Shown in pieces: positions 35,906-49,092 of a stretch of DNA of 64,000 nucleotides. Positions within the stretch are counted from its first letter, which is position 1; every line of letters starts with the position of its first letter. A model generated the notes under the pieces. The model searched no databases and was not told where the DNA came from. It saw only the letters and a list, made by a program, of their open reading frames with translations. The stretch is from assembly GCA_977017645.1 (NCBI GenBank), contig OZ360246.1, forward strand, positions 15,624,001 to 15,688,000, given 5' to 3'. The position numbers were made by a program, and so were the translations under genes. This stretch comes from Torpedo marmorata (taxonomy: Eukaryota).

Positions 35906-36569
35906 AAATCTAACAGATGAACAAGTTGTTTAATTCTCCTGTTGAAGATGGTCGGCAGAAATATTTTTGACTTTGCCAGAGTTTTACTGCTGTTTATTCC
36001 ATTTCCCTGACCTGGAAACCAAAAGAAGGGTAACACACTTTAACTGCTTTAATTACAATCTGATTGGATGAAAATATTAATGACTGGAATTTTTGGTAGG
36101 AACTTTCAATGCTTCAGAGTATGTGGATGAGTCATGGAGCAAATATTCATTGAAAATATGGATAGGCAAGCATGACTTGTCTTAAGCCCACTTCAGAATA
36201 AAACAGATGTGCACTTTCTTTTTTACCCTTTACAGAACAGTGCTAACAGATTTGTTAAATTAAGCCTACAGAATAGTTTCCTTTCCCATGAGGGCATCTT
36301 GGAAGCTTGTACCAGTTACTGCAAGGTTGGGTGGTTTAACCATTCAGATTGTAAGGTGGAATTTAGCAGCTGATATAATGATGTCTAATAAGATTAAAAA
36401 TGACCCAGTTAAGATATGACAGATAAAGCAGGTGATGGGAGCTTAGAAATTCAACACATTGAACAGCTGAGCTATCAAGCACATTGCACTGTTTGCTTGA
36501 ATTCCTGGGAGATCAATAAGGGACTGTGTCAAACAATGACTTTAAAATGGTTCTTAAAACGGAAAGAAT

Positions 36570-36965
36570 TTCAGATTCAGATTTATTGTCAGAGTACGTA
36601 CATGACATCACAAACAATCCTGAGATTCTTTTTCCTGCGGGCGAGGCAGAATTACCACTTATTGGTTGTGCAAAAAAAACTGACTCAAAGTACACATGTA
36701 AACAAATAAAGAAATGTAAACAAACTGACTGTGCAATACAGAGATAGAAAAATCAATAAAGTACCAAAGTAAGAGTCCTTAAATAAGTCCCTGATTGAGC
36801 TTGTTGTTGAGGAGTCTGATGGTGGAGGGGTAGCAGCTGTTCCTGAACCTGGTGGTGCAAGTCTTGCGGCTCCTATACCTCTTTCCTGATGGTAGCAGCA
36901 AGAACAGAGCGTGTGCTGGGTGGTGTGGATCCTTGATGATTGCTGCTGCTCTCAGATGGCAATGT
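36570..36965 (-). mobile_element. Rex1/Babar LINE 3' fragment (family B, long 3' UTR)
   Basis: IIKDPHHPAHALFLLLPSGKRYR...RFRNSCYPSTIRLLN; tail CTGACAATAAATCTGAATCTGA. Confidence 0.9.
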
Positions 36966-38155
36966 TCCTTATGGCGTACTGAAGTTGAGTTGAACGTCAT
37001 TTTTTTGGTGGTGTTCTTCTCTACATGGGGGAAGAAGCCATGATTGTGTAGCGATGCTCTGGCACCACATGGATTTGACGCCTCCTCCCCAGCTTGTCAG
37101 TAAGACTTGCTGCAGCACGAGATGCATGAATCTGCCTGTGAAGTTCAAAGCTTTGATATGGGAGGAGATGTACAAGAAATGATGATATGGCAGAAGAGCT
37201 GGAGCATGATTAAATAGGACTTCTTTGCCTGAATGTTTTATTGTTTTTTATAAAAGGATGAACCAGCAACTAACTTCTGTGGGAGGAGGGTGAGGATCCT
37301 CTGTTGGATTGTAAAGAAAATCTCTGGTAGTGAGTGACGGCTGTTACTGGTCCTTGGCCTGGCTCTGAAGGGTGTGGTATCCTCTTTTAGAGAACAAACA
37401 GCACTTCCTCTCTCCCACCCACTTTAACCAATCAGTCTGCAGCTGAAATCTGAGAAAAAAAAAGTAATTTTCATTTCAGGCAAAGGAAGAAATGTTCGTC
37501 CTTTTTAATGGCCACGATAGAAATGATTAAACGTGGTGGGAAAGGGGGAAACAACTCAAATCAAAAGCGATGATTGTTTTGGTTAGAAATTCCTCATTTT
37601 CTCTATCGATAAAAACAAAGTGTCCTGACAATTTCCCATTGGGGATCAGCTGATTGCCAAGACCTTTTGTTGCTTTTTAAATGGCCTGGCGTTCCGACTA
37701 CATCCACAGCCAAAGTTTGAGTAGCGATTTGAGCATAACGTTAAATTCTAATTTCTAGCATCAAATAATGTTGGCAAACTCTTCTTCATAATCAAATATT
37801 TTGGAATATTTGAGGGAGTCTTGGTTCCTGGTATTTGGTTAATTGTAATTTGTCCTTTTGATCCCAAGTTTTGCATGCTCAGGTCAATCCTTGATGAATT
37901 TCTGCTGCCAGATTGAAGAGTGTTCTAATCAATTGCTATATCTCTTGGTCCCAGAGCAGGAGATTCCTTAGAGGTCAGCAGTAACATCTTTGTTGGGATT
38001 TGGAACAAAATGCATAATGGTATATTTTATTTACAAGTTTTCTTTTAAATTTATTGAATTTCTAAAATTGACTTCCTGGACAAAGCTTTAACGCTGTTTA
38101 TATATAGCAGTTACAGGAAGTCCCCAGATTATGATGGGGTTCCTGAGAACTGTTA

Positions 38156-38935
38156 AACATAACGAACAGTACAGCACTGGACCAGACCTTTCGGCCCACA
38201 TGTCTGTGCTAAACGTGATGTTTAAATCAAGCTAAATCTCTGCTGCCTCCCCTTCTCATTCATGTATCTGTCTGTAGCCTCTTAAACGCTACTATTGTAT
38301 CTGGTTCCACCACTACATCTGGCAGCCCGTTCCAGGCACCCACCACTCTCTCTGAATTACTCACCCCACACATGTCCGTTAAACACCCTCCCCCTCCCAC
38401 TTCACCTGAAACCTATGTCTTCGGGTGTGTGACACTTTTGCCCTTGGGAAAAGATTCTGTTCACCCTATCAATGCCTCTCATGGTTTTATACATATCTAT
38501 CAGGTCTCCCCTCAGCCTCCTGTGCTTCAGAAAAAAAAAGCGCCCAGGTTTGCCCAATCTCCATTATCGTACCCTCTAAACCAGGCAACCTCCTCGTAAA
38601 CCTCTTCTGTACCCTTTCCAAAGCCTCCACAACCCGTAACGGGGCAACAGAATTGCACACAGTATTCCAAATGCGGCCTGACCAAAGTTCTAGATGGCTA
38701 CAACGTGATCTCCTTACTCTTGCCCTGCCCAATGAAGTCAAGCATGCCATGCTTTACCACCCTATCTACTGTTGTGGCCACTTTCAATGAGCTGTGGACC
38801 TGGACCTCCAGATCTTTCTGTACGTCAAAACGTTTAAGAACACTACCTTTAACTGTATACATTCCCCGCGCGTTTGACCTCCCAAAGTGCAACACCTCAC
38901 ACTTGTCCGAATTAAACTCCAACTACCATTTCCTC
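38156..38935 (-). mobile_element. CR1 LINE 3' fragment, older, with deletions
   Basis: MEFNSDKCEVLHFGRSN; VEALERVQKRFTRRLPGL; CR1-type tail. Confidence 0.9.
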
Positions 38936-39080
38936 CAGGTCTCTGTCCGATTGAAGCTTCCTTTTTGATTTTGATATCTTTCCTGTTCATGAAAATAAAA
39001 AAAATGGCATTTAAATTACGATCTACGTTTAACTTTCCAAACTTAAACTGTTGCTGACTTTCTACATTTTAGTGTTAGGA

Positions 39081-39158
39081 TAGTGGTCCTCAACCTTTTT
39101 CTTTCCACTCACATACCACTTAAGTAATCCCTTGCTAACCACTGAGCACCTATGGCAT
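39081..39158. mobile_element. Half copy of the hAT MITE family found at 39405-39764
   Basis: TAGTGGTCCTCAACCTTTTTCTTTCCACTCACATACCACTTAAGTAATCCC. Confidence 0.75.
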
Positions 39159-39404
39159 CCTATGCTTTTGGCGTTAGGACATCTCAGCATATGAATGCTT
39201 TAGAAAGGGTAGCAGTGGCTCGTTGAACTAAGCCACGTGACAATCACTCTCCAGGAATCGATTTAGACATAGGACCATCAAATGTAAATGAAAATGTGCA
39301 AATCTGCACTTACAGTGGGATTCATAACTACCACGCATATTTGCATGAAATGATTTATTATTTTATGCTTGAGTCAACATCATAATTACTGGGTTGGATT
39401 AAAA

Positions 39405-39764
39405 CAGTGGTTTTCAAACTGCCCCCCTAAACTCACATTCCACCTTAAGCAATCCCTATACCATGATTAGTAAGGGATTGCTTAAGGTGGTATGTGAGTG
39501 GAAAGAAAAAGGTTTAAAAACCACTGTTTTCATCGTACCTAATTGACTCGTTATGTGCACGGTTTCATAACTCCAAAGGAAATGGGCCAATGACAATTTT
39601 TCTCAAGCAAAATATTTCAGTAACAATTGGGTCGAGAGCAGTGGTTCTCAACTTTCCCTTCCCACCCACATAACACCTTAAGCAATCCCTTACTAATCAC
39701 AGAGATGGCACAGGGATTGCTTAAAGTGGAATGTGAGTTTAGGGGGGCAGTTTGAAAACCACTG
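39405..39764. mobile_element. Composite hAT element: two palindromic MITE units (39405-39526, 39639-39764) around a 112-bp spacer, with 8-bp TSD
   Basis: TSD GATTAAAA at 39397-39404 and 39765-39772; outer inverted repeat CAGTGGTTTTCAAACTGCCCCCCTAAACTCACATTCCAC is perfect; inner ends AAAAACCACTG and CAGTGGTTCTCAAC. Confidence 0.92.
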
Positions 39765-39925
39765 GATTAAAAGGTTTCAAATAGGAAGCCCTGTTACAAC
39801 AGTTTAAGCATTTACATCCGGCATGAAGAAAATTTGGAAACTGTCAAACGTCATCATGCCTACTGCAATAAGCCATGATCATCCAAGTAAGGTCACTTGT
39901 ACGAGGGCAGCCAGGAACAGATTTA

Positions 39926-40419
39926 CCATTTATGCCAGCGTATAGGACGATCCGCGAAACTTAAAAATGACACCTCAAAATCAGAGGTTGTCTTGCACGC
40001 CAGGTCTAAAATCCGAACCTTGACAGCGAAGTCTCACACCGCTGCCATCTTCCCGCCAGCTCCGACGCAATCTTGCGCATTTCCTGTTAGTTATCAACGA
40101 AGTCTCAGCGCTCCCCCGCGGGGTCCATCCGCCCAGTCCGACTGCCGTCGACTCTGTACAGGCTTTAAACGGCCTGTTACAGGAGCCGACGGTGGTTTAT
40201 TTTAAAATATGCTAATAAAATCAAACCTTTACAAGGTAATTTGGTATTAAAATATTATGGTTTGCTTTTAATAGCATCCACTGGTCAGCAGTAAGTGCCA
40301 GATTTTTAGGGGGGGGGGTGTGTCGTCTTATACAAAGGGTATCGCTCAAAACCACCATTATAGGTGGAAATTTCAGGGGTCTTCCTATACAGAGTCGTCC
40401 TATATGCCGACATATACGG
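39926..40419. mobile_element. Second Tc2-like non-autonomous DNA transposon
   Basis: TA TSD at 39924-39925 and 40420-40421; TIRs CCATTTATGCCAGCGTATAGGACGA / TCGTCCTATATGCCGACATATACGG; central hairpin 40145-40192. Confidence 0.82.
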
Positions 40420-40546
40420 TATTTGTCTATGTTTAAGTGAGATGCTGGGATATATTTTCACTCAATTTTTCTGTTAAGGGATCTGGGAGCATTTTAGCAT
40501 TCTGCATATCCTGAGTAAGATGACCACACTTGGGTTTTTTTTTCAG

Positions 40547-40628
40547 TGATGGATATTTTGTGGTCCATTTTACAGAGTTTGCAAAATTGTGCCAGATCAA
40601 CAAAAGTGAAGCTGTTGAACACTACGAG
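40547..40628 (+). CDS. Candidate 82-nt exon (xDGYFVVHFTEFAKLCQINKSEAVEHYE)
   Basis: Acceptor T-run plus CAG, donor GAG|GTATTA; two frames open; protein not recognised. Confidence 0.25.
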
Positions 40629-43149
40629 GTATTATTATAATCTGCTGATACATTTTAAATTATGTTGTCACTTGAAATATTTTGCTTGCTGGAAAACCCC
40701 TTTGACATCTCATTATTTGAAAATAATCCAATAACTAGAGTTGTTTTGAGAAATTAAGTAGTTCTGATGTTGAGATGAATTTTACTGCGGATGACCATTT
40801 AGTCGAATTTAATCTCTCTTTATTTCCATTTGATTTGGCAAACTAAGTGTAAGGAAATGCACAGATATAATCCATCAGGAACGCTGGAGGGAATTTAATT
40901 ACGCCACCCGTTTCAGACTTTCTTCATGTAAGTTAATAGGTGTCTGACCCCAGTCTGCTAATTGTAATATCACCCCACAGTGACTGTAATTCTGACATGC
41001 CTTGTGCATAAATTCACTTTGGTTGAATTAACCGAACAATGCACAGATCTGACAAGTCAGTTGCAAACAGGAACTATGAGAGACCTGCACTCAAGCAAAA
41101 TGGTTCATTGATATATTTTAATATTACTTGGGTCTATTGCTTGTTTCTTTACAAATAAAGGTCAACAGTTTCGTGATCATTCCAAATCCCCATTTTTCCA
41201 TCAGAGCTACAGCCGTCGTTTTTTTTTAATCAAAGCAGGTTAAGGTTAGGGTGATCAGAGATTCTGCAGTTGGGTACAACAGCAGGATAACTAAAACTGT
41301 TTCTCACTGAACAAAGGTGTAGATAAGGTAGATGTGAACAATATTGCTTTTTTTAAAAAAACAAATGCAATGCCATGCATAGGTGTCTTCTCACTCATCT
41401 TGCACCTGTGAATTTGGTGTATTCAGGACATCATTCAAGAAATTTCGATCTCATCTTGAGGACAACAAATTAATTTTTTGTTCAGGAGCAGCATATTTTT
41501 CTATTTTTCTCCTGTTCACTGTTAACAATAGTCTGAGGATAAATTCCATAGAACATTACAGCACAGTACAGGGTGCATTGCTCGTCGTGGTCCAAGATTT
41601 GTCGAATACTGCCAGGGTGGAAATAGTAGCAGAAAATCCTGTCTGAAATTGTGGGTTGTCATTATGTTAAGGCCTGTATGCCAGAAATAATTCATAATGG
41701 TAGGCACATTAAGATGGTTTTCTCTGATAAAGGCCCTGCAGATGCGCAGGATTTATTTTGCTACCCAAACAATGTTCATGAAATTTTTATTTAATAGTAG
41801 AATTAGTGGAAGACTCTTAGACGTCTATAATGTATTGGGAAGACAAGCTAATGATCTTTGAAATATAGAGTCGTCAGCACAGGCTGTCCGAAACGAGAGT
41901 CTGTATCCAGCTGCTTCTGGGAAGCAAAAATGCTCGTGGCTGACGATCCGTGCACTGCACTGACGCAATGGTTGCCCTTGAAAGTACTGACAATGTACTT
42001 AGTACTGAAGAACATACTTAACAATGGTTTGCACTTGCCTAGCAATTAGACTGCGTTTTGGATTCTTTCACAAGGTGTCCCTGGCTTTTATATAGAATGT
42101 TCTCTAAGCTGTGATTCAACCTTGCAGAGTATTTCATTTTTTTTGTTCTCTAACCAGTTTTCTATTTCCTGGTGGCTTTTCATCCCTCCCTATCATGGCC
42201 ATGGCAGGTTTTTTTTTTCTGGAGCATGGGACCACGTGCCTTTTGTATTGCACTTATCATTCCACAAGTGAGTGTTGTCAATGAATAAAATCGGCTGGTT
42301 CTAACTCTGAATTTGTCATTAATTGATGTCCAAGGTCATTGGCACATTGTTCATGGAACGGTGCTTGGAGGCACGAAGCTGCCACTGGACAGGGGACAGA
42401 TAGACAGCAGCTCAAGGTCAATTGGAGCAGGCCGATGAAGTGATGAGAGAGAGTGGACAGTGAAAGCCGCTTCCCAACTGAACCAGAATCAGCTGCTGGC
42501 CTCTACCCTTCAGCCACTTGAAGGTTTGTCTTCTGCCCGAGCTGAAGAAGAAGCAACGTGGAATGTGACCCTGCACGACTGAGCAGCGGGCCCTTGAATC
42601 CCATCCTAACACATGCCTGCTGATGGTTCTGAGTTTTCCCAAACTGAAGCCCTGCTGTCCAGCCAGCGCCGAGTGGAAGCCGATCACACACTTGTCAGGC
42701 CAGCCTGCTCCAGATCAGGTGGGAAATCACATAAGGGAACTGGTTTGGCCCGGCTGTCATCACGCACGACAGCCCCATCCAGATGAGGACAGCGTGCCCA
42801 AGGCTGCAGCAGTCTCGGTGATGTCAGGCCCAACCTGCGATGGGTCAAGTTCCAACCTTGCTCCTGGGCAGGCGTCTAAGATGAAGCATTTCGGCTACTT
42901 TTATCCCATTGTCTGCCCTTGATCTCCTGTCAGTGTAATTACATTCTGCAGCCGACAGTGCTGGCTTCCCCAGTGCTAGCAGGAATCCCAATGCAAGCTC
43001 CTAGTGCATCATCAAGAATGTAACCTATGATGGAGTACGATCCAGAGAGTTGGCCTACTCCAAAGACTCTGCTTTACTCATTAGATTCTGAGATTTCGAC
43101 CCTGTTTGGGTAAATTATTCGGCCATTGAAACAGCCTATGACTCTTAAG

Positions 43150-43695
43150 TCTATTTGTCACATTATATCTAGCACAGTGAGAAGGGTTCTTCTGCAAGCA
43201 GTCAAGCAGTTAACTCTAACATCTATTCAACTGTATAGAGTGAAACAACGGGAGCACAATTACAGAGTATAGAGTTACAATGAAAAACGTTCAATTAGCA
43301 CTAAGCATCAGAGCACTGTTGTGAGGTTTGTTCAGGAGGCTGTTGGCTACAGGAAAGAAACGGTCTTTAAGCCTGTTGATGCGCGCTTTCACACTCTTAA
43401 GCCTTCTTCCCGATGGGAGGAGGGCGAAAAGAGTGTGTCTGGGGTGATATGGGTCCTTCATCGTGTTGGATACATTTTCTAGGCAGCAGGATATGCAGAT
43501 GGAATCCATGGAAGGGGAGGCAAGTGTACGTGATGTTCTGAGCTGCCTTCAGCACCTACTGCAGCTTCTTCTGATCTTGAGCAGAGCAGCTCCCGTCTCA
43601 CGCTGCGATGCATCCAGCAAGTCTTCTTTTAATGATGCCCCTGTAGAAGTTGTCGAGGGGCAAGGGGGACATGCCGAACTTCCTTCGTCTTCTAA
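43150..43695 (-). mobile_element. Rex1/Babar LINE 3' fragment (third, older family)
   Basis: MKDPYHPRHTLFALLPSGRRLKSVKARINRLKDRFFPVANSLLN; tail TGACAAATAGACTT. Confidence 0.85.
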
Positions 43696-43883
43696 AAAAG
43701 CATTCATTCTAGTATTGCTTTCCTCTAAAAGTTCTTGTAATTCCCTTCATTCATGGATGCCTCATGTGATGGAGGCCAGTGTGAAAAATTGCTTCATGCA
43801 CAACCATATCTGCTGTAATACCACAATTAAAATGGGGATATTGTTGGAAGTTACCATCTTCTTTGTACTGCAATAATAACGAT

Positions 43884-46024
43884 AGGGAAACCAACACATT
43901 CGACCATTGCTACACCACCGTGAGGAACGCATACCGAGCCATACCACGACTGCACTTCGGCAAGTCTGATCACCTGGCTGTATTTCTACTCCTGGCATAC
44001 AAGCAGAGACTGAAGACCACAGCACCAGTGGTGAGGACAGCGAAAGTATGGTCGAGAGGGGCAGAGGAGCGCCTGCAGGACTGCTTTGAATAGGTGGACT
44101 GGAACATATTCAAGAACTCATCCATAGACCTGAATGAATATGCAACAGGTGTCACCGACTTCATCAAGACCTGCGTGGATGAGTGTGTGCCCACGCGCAA
44201 ATACCGGGTGTTCCCCAACCAGAAGCCCTGGATGAATCAGAGATTTTGCAACCTGCTGAGGGCGAGAACAAGGGCATTTAAGGCTGGGGACCGGGATCTT
44301 AGAGACAGAGACAGATACACGCCAGCTATGGCAGGGAGTGCAGACCATTACAGCCTACAAAGCGAGGGCGAACACTATAGACGGCTGTGATGCTTCACTA
44401 CCCGATGAGCTGAACACCTTCTATGCCCGCTTTGACAAGAAGAACCAAACAGTGCCTACTAGAATCCCTGAAAAGGCTGAGGACCATGTGATATCTGTCT
44501 CTGAGGGCGACGTCAGAACATCATTCAAGAGGGTGAACCCTCGCAAGGCGTCAGGCCCTGACGGCGTATCTGGCAGGGTACTGAAAATCTGCGCCAACCA
44601 ACTAGCCGGAGTGTTCACGGACATTTTCAACCTCTCATTGCGGCAGTCAGAGATTCCCACCTGCTTCAAAAGGGCATCAATCATCCCAGTACCCAAGAAG
44701 AGTTGTGTGGGCTGCCTCAACGACTACCGCCCAGTAGCACTAACTTCTACTGTGATGAAATGCTTTGAGAGGCTGGTCATGGCCAGAATTAACACGTACC
44801 TAAGCAAAGATCTGGACCCACTGCAATTCGCCTATCGTCACAATCGCTCCACAGCAGATACAATATCGCTGGCTCTCCACTCAGCTCTGGATCACCTCAA
44901 ACAGCAATTCATACATACGGCTGCTCGTCATTGACTACAGCTCGGCCTTCAATACCATTATTCCCTTAGTGCTGGTCAAGAAGCTATAAACTCTAGGCCT
45001 CTGTACCCCACTCTGCAACTGGATCCTGGACTTTCTCATCGGAAGACCACAGTCAGTACGAATAGAAAACAACGTCTCCTCCTCACTGATTATCAACACA
45101 GGCGCACCCCAAGGACGCATGCTTAGCCCACTGCTCTACTCGATATACACCCATGACTGTGTGGCCAGCACAATTCCAATGCCAACTACAAGTTTGCCGA
45201 TGACACCACAGTTGTCGGCAGAATCACAAACGGCAATGAGGAAGCGTACAGGAGGGAGATAGATCAGCTCGTTGAATGGTGTAATGACAACAACGAGCTC
45301 AACGTCAGCAAAACCAAGGACATGATTGTGGACTTCAGGAGGAAGTCAGGGGAACACGACCCAGTCCTCATCGAGGGCTCAGTAGTGGAGAGGGTCAAGA
45401 ACTTCAAATTCCTGGGTGTCAATATCTCCGAGGATCTGTCCTGGAGCCTCCAAGTTGATGCAATCACAAAGAAGGCTTGCCAGCGGCTATACTTTGTGAG
45501 GTGTCTGAGGAGATTCGGTATGTTACCGAAGACTCTCGTAAACTTCTTCAGGTGTACCGTGGAGAGCATTCTGGCTGGTTGCATCACTGCCTGGTATGGA
45601 GGCGCCAACTCTCAGGACAAGAATAAACTCCAGAGGGTTGTTAACTCGGCCTGTGACATCACAGGCACCAGACTTCACTCCATCGAGGACATCTACATGA
45701 GGCGGTGTCTTAAAAAAGCAGCCTCTATCCTCAAAGACCCCCACCACCCAGGCCATGCCCTCTTCACTCTGCTACCATCGGGAAAAAGGTACAGGAGCCT
45801 AAAGACGAGCACTCAATGGCACAAGGACAGCTTCTTCCCCGCTGCCATCAGATTCCTGAATAATCAATGAACCAAAGACACTGCCTTACTTTTCGTGCAC
45901 TATTATTTATATTTTTTTATAGTAATGTCGTAAGATGGTTATAATATGAATGTTAATTGCACTATGATGCTGCCGCAAAACACCGAATTTCATGACTTGT
46001 TCATGACAATAAATTGATTCTGAT
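43884..46024 (+). mobile_element. Rex1/Babar-type LINE, about 2.1 kb, APE C-terminus plus RT plus 3' UTR; disabled
   Basis: DHCYTTVRNAYRAIPRLHFGKSDH (endonuclease end); [42 protein letters not shown]; stops, frameshifts and a deletion near 44300. Confidence 0.97.
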
Positions 46025-46165
46025 GCTGGAAGTACTCAAAAGCTCAGGCAGCATCTGTTGAAAGAGAAACAGTTAGAATTACTGTCTCGGGTCCACAGAT
46101 GCTGCCTGACATGCTGAGTATTAACAGCATTTGATGTTTTTATTTCAGGCTTCAACATCAGCAGT
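46024..46165. mobile_element. Small palindromic Penelope-derived remnant
   Basis: TACTCAAAAGCTCAGGCAGCATCTGT ... ACAGATGCTGCCTGACATGCTGAGTA inverted arms. Confidence 0.65.
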
Positions 46166-47218
46166 TCTTTGATGTCTGTAACTTCTGTTTGCTCTGCTAT
46201 TTTACTCAGCCAGGAACCTGTTGAAGAATGACTGTGCATCACTGAATGTGGGTCAGGATGCTGTAGTGTGTCACATCTCTGGGGACAAATGAGTCGGCAT
46301 GTCTGTGGGCTACTAATTTAGAGAGAGATAATTAATTTTATTAGCTGCATGAAGGAGAGTGCAGTGTGAAATTGTGCTGGGAATATTAGGGTACTTTTAC
46401 CTGGTGATGATCCAGGGAGAACACTTCAGTCAGCCTGATGTTCCCCTATCTCTAATGGTATAATCTTGGACTGTAGTAGACGTTTGAACTTCTGTTCCCT
46501 TTTCAAATAAGGTTCTTCTCTCTCGTTTTTGTCGGAAAATTTCCTGAGGATTGTTGAAGGGAATGCAATCTGACTAGCGACAGATTTAACACATTTCGAG
46601 GAAGAAGGGGCATAGAGGCATTCTGGTGAGCCAGAAAAGGATGTACTCAACCAACGTTGGCATATCATGTTCTTGCCCATGATTGTGTTTTGGGGTTGGG
46701 AGTGATGTATGCCACTCTATGGAAGCAGATCAGCTTTATTAGTAGGCCACAGGTAGAAGCAGTTCACCCACTTTGCCACCAATTAGCTAATATTTAGGTT
46801 GAAGATTGCTGTTTGTAGGAATTTTACCCGTTTGTAGTCAACAGCCCTGGGTTGAGGTGCAAGGACATTAAGGCAAGCTTACATAATTGTTATTTTATTG
46901 TGATACAGATCATGAAAAAAGCAAACACATTTGGTTGTCAGGTCCACTTATTCCATGGACATTGTCCAGTTGAGATAACATTTACATTTAAGGGAAACCT
47001 ACATATAGTTCCTAATTCTGAGGAGATTATCCATCTCATTATATCCTGAGTACAGAGATTTGTCCTTGAATATTCTATGAAATACAGTAACCACATTGTT
47101 GTGATGGGTAAGCCATCATACTCATTTACTTAGAGCTCACTAAAGTAAAGTTTGAGCTTAAATTTAAAAAATAATGAAACTGACTATGTTAAAACAAACC
47201 CTAATTCAATGACCTGTA

Positions 47219-47270
47219 GATATATTCCATTTCATCATAAAAGAGAACGCAGTACTCCACACACTGGCCG
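47219..47270 (+). CDS. Weak candidate exon of about 51 nt
   Basis: CTAAT branch-like motif, CTGTAG acceptor with poor pyrimidine tract, strong donor CCG|GTAAGT; length divisible by 3. Confidence 0.15.
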
Positions 47271-47859
47271 GTAAGTTGCTCCACGACACTGATTTTGTTA
47301 TTGCTGTTGCCCTAACTCCCCATCTGTAAGTCTCATGAAGAGCAAGATCTTCATTTGTGAGATTCATGGAATAGTATTGCTGGATTACCCAAAGGTGGTG
47401 GTGAGGTGACACAGACTAGTATCGCAGTGCACTGTTAAGAAAGCACTTAAAGCATTCAGTACAGGTGGAGCGAGATGGGGGTTTGCGACACAACTGTAGC
47501 AAAGAGACATTTAGGTCCGTTTCACCCTGGTGATGATGCACTGGAAATGACGTTGTCTGCTTCAGCGCAGAGTTCCCAATGGACGTGTTGTAAGTTCTGG
47601 CCGCTCTTAGCACGTTGCCCAATAGGTGCGATTATTTCAGACAGCTCTGAAAGAGGCAGTGCTCACTGAAAGGTAGGTTTGCTATTGAATGAATGGGGGG
47701 TGGTTGTAGGAGAGTGCTATTCTCAGGGACCTGGGTAGACTGATAGACCGCTGAAGAACATTGTCTGCTGCGGGAAGAGGTGAAGTCAACTTGTATAGCT
47801 GACTGCTGATTATTTTGGGGGAAGTTGTGTGAACTAAATATCGTTCACAGTGAGCGATA

Positions 47860-47978
47860 TGCAGGTAGATCCTGGATGCCGAGAGGCTGTTTCCTCAGGT
47901 TCAAGAGTCTGGAGCCTTGGGGAATAGTGTCAGGACAAAGAGCTGGCATTCATGACTGATATAACAAGAAATTTCTTT
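47860..47978 (+). mobile_element. Old CR1 fragment
   Basis: Decayed GATGCCGAGAGGCTGTTTCCT...AGAAATTTCTT (C-terminal ORF2 region). Confidence 0.5.
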
Positions 47979-47984
47979 AATTTA

Positions 47985-48142
47985 ATTAATTTTTAATTTC
48001 GAGATACAGCACGGTAACAGGCCCATGTGACCAATTAACCTGCTAACCCCGTACGTCTTTGGAATGTGAGAGGAAACTGGAGCACCCGAAGGAAACCCAC
48101 GTGGACACAGGGAGAACATACAAGCTCCTTACAGACAGCGGT
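47985..48142 (-). mobile_element. V-domain SINE fragment
   Basis: ATACAGCACGGTAACAGGCC...GGGAGAACATACAAGCTCCTTACAGACAGC. Confidence 0.85.
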
Positions 48143-48160
48143 GGTTTCATCCCACCCACC

Positions 48161-48290
48161 CAGTTTCCTCCCACCCTTCAAAAACATACGGGGTTTGTCG
48201 GTTAATTGGTGTATTTGGGCGGCACGGGTCGTGGGCTGGAAGGGCCTGTTACTGTGCTGTATCTCTAAATTTAAAATTAAATTAAAATAT
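48161..48290 (+). mobile_element. V-domain SINE 3' fragment, inverted relative to its neighbour
   Basis: GTTTCCTCCCACCCTTCAAAAAC...GGGCCTGTTACTGTGCTGTATCTCTAAATTT. Confidence 0.85.
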
Positions 48291-48974
48291 CAGTTTTGCA
48301 TGCACAAAAAAAAACATTCAAGAGGATTCCTTCGCTTTGCCACCATCCCAGTTGTATGGATGGACAGATTTATGGAATGATTGAAATTATCTTTAACAAG
48401 CCATGAATACAGAAGAGGAATTGCAAAATGGAACATAACCTTTTCTCCCAAAAGAAAATAGAATTTAGTTTATGTTTGTGTTTTTATTAGAGAACTTAAT
48501 TTCTTTAACATGAGAGTAGATAGGTGCAGACAAAACTAATTTTGAATCCTTAATTGGACACTATTAATAGTGGGACTGTGCAGACATGACATGTGAATGT
48601 TTAGTCATCCTGCAGTGCGCTCAGTACACCCCAGGCAATGAATCAGTCACTTCCTATAGAAAAGACAATCTGTCTTCCCATGTCTCCTCCCACCTTTCTC
48701 TTTTCTGCCACTGCTGCTCAGAGACAGGGAAATCATTTCTCCTGACGGGACACAGCGATCTGCTTGGATTGTAGGCTAATGCTGTATACAGCTGGTACCG
48801 TCTTTTCAAACAAAATTAACTGCAGTCTGCATGAAGGTCTTTTCAGAGTGTTTTCCCTTCTTCATCTGTGTTCCCCTTGACTTCTCCCATCCCCTGGTAG
48901 AATGCAGTTTTGTTGGCCCACAGTCTTTTTTTAAAAGACTGCAAAGTCTAATTTTGACACTATCTGGCGGAGGT

Positions 48975-49092
48975 TGCGCTGGAGGTTATTTCTGGGGGAT
49001 AATGCGCTGGAGGTTATTTCTGGGGAATAATGCGCTATAGGTTACCTGGTGCAGATTGCGCTGGATGTTATTTCTGGGGGAAATCTCGCTAG
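48975..49092. repeat. Minisatellite, 28-bp unit, about 4 degenerate copies
   Basis: TGCGCTGGAGGTTATTTCTGGGG(G/A)ATAA at 48975 and 49003; diverged units at 49031 and 49057. Confidence 0.85.

Noticed and set aside
48975-49092. CRISPR-like array
   Set aside because: Units are contiguous with no unique spacers, the context is vertebrate, and there are no cas genes.
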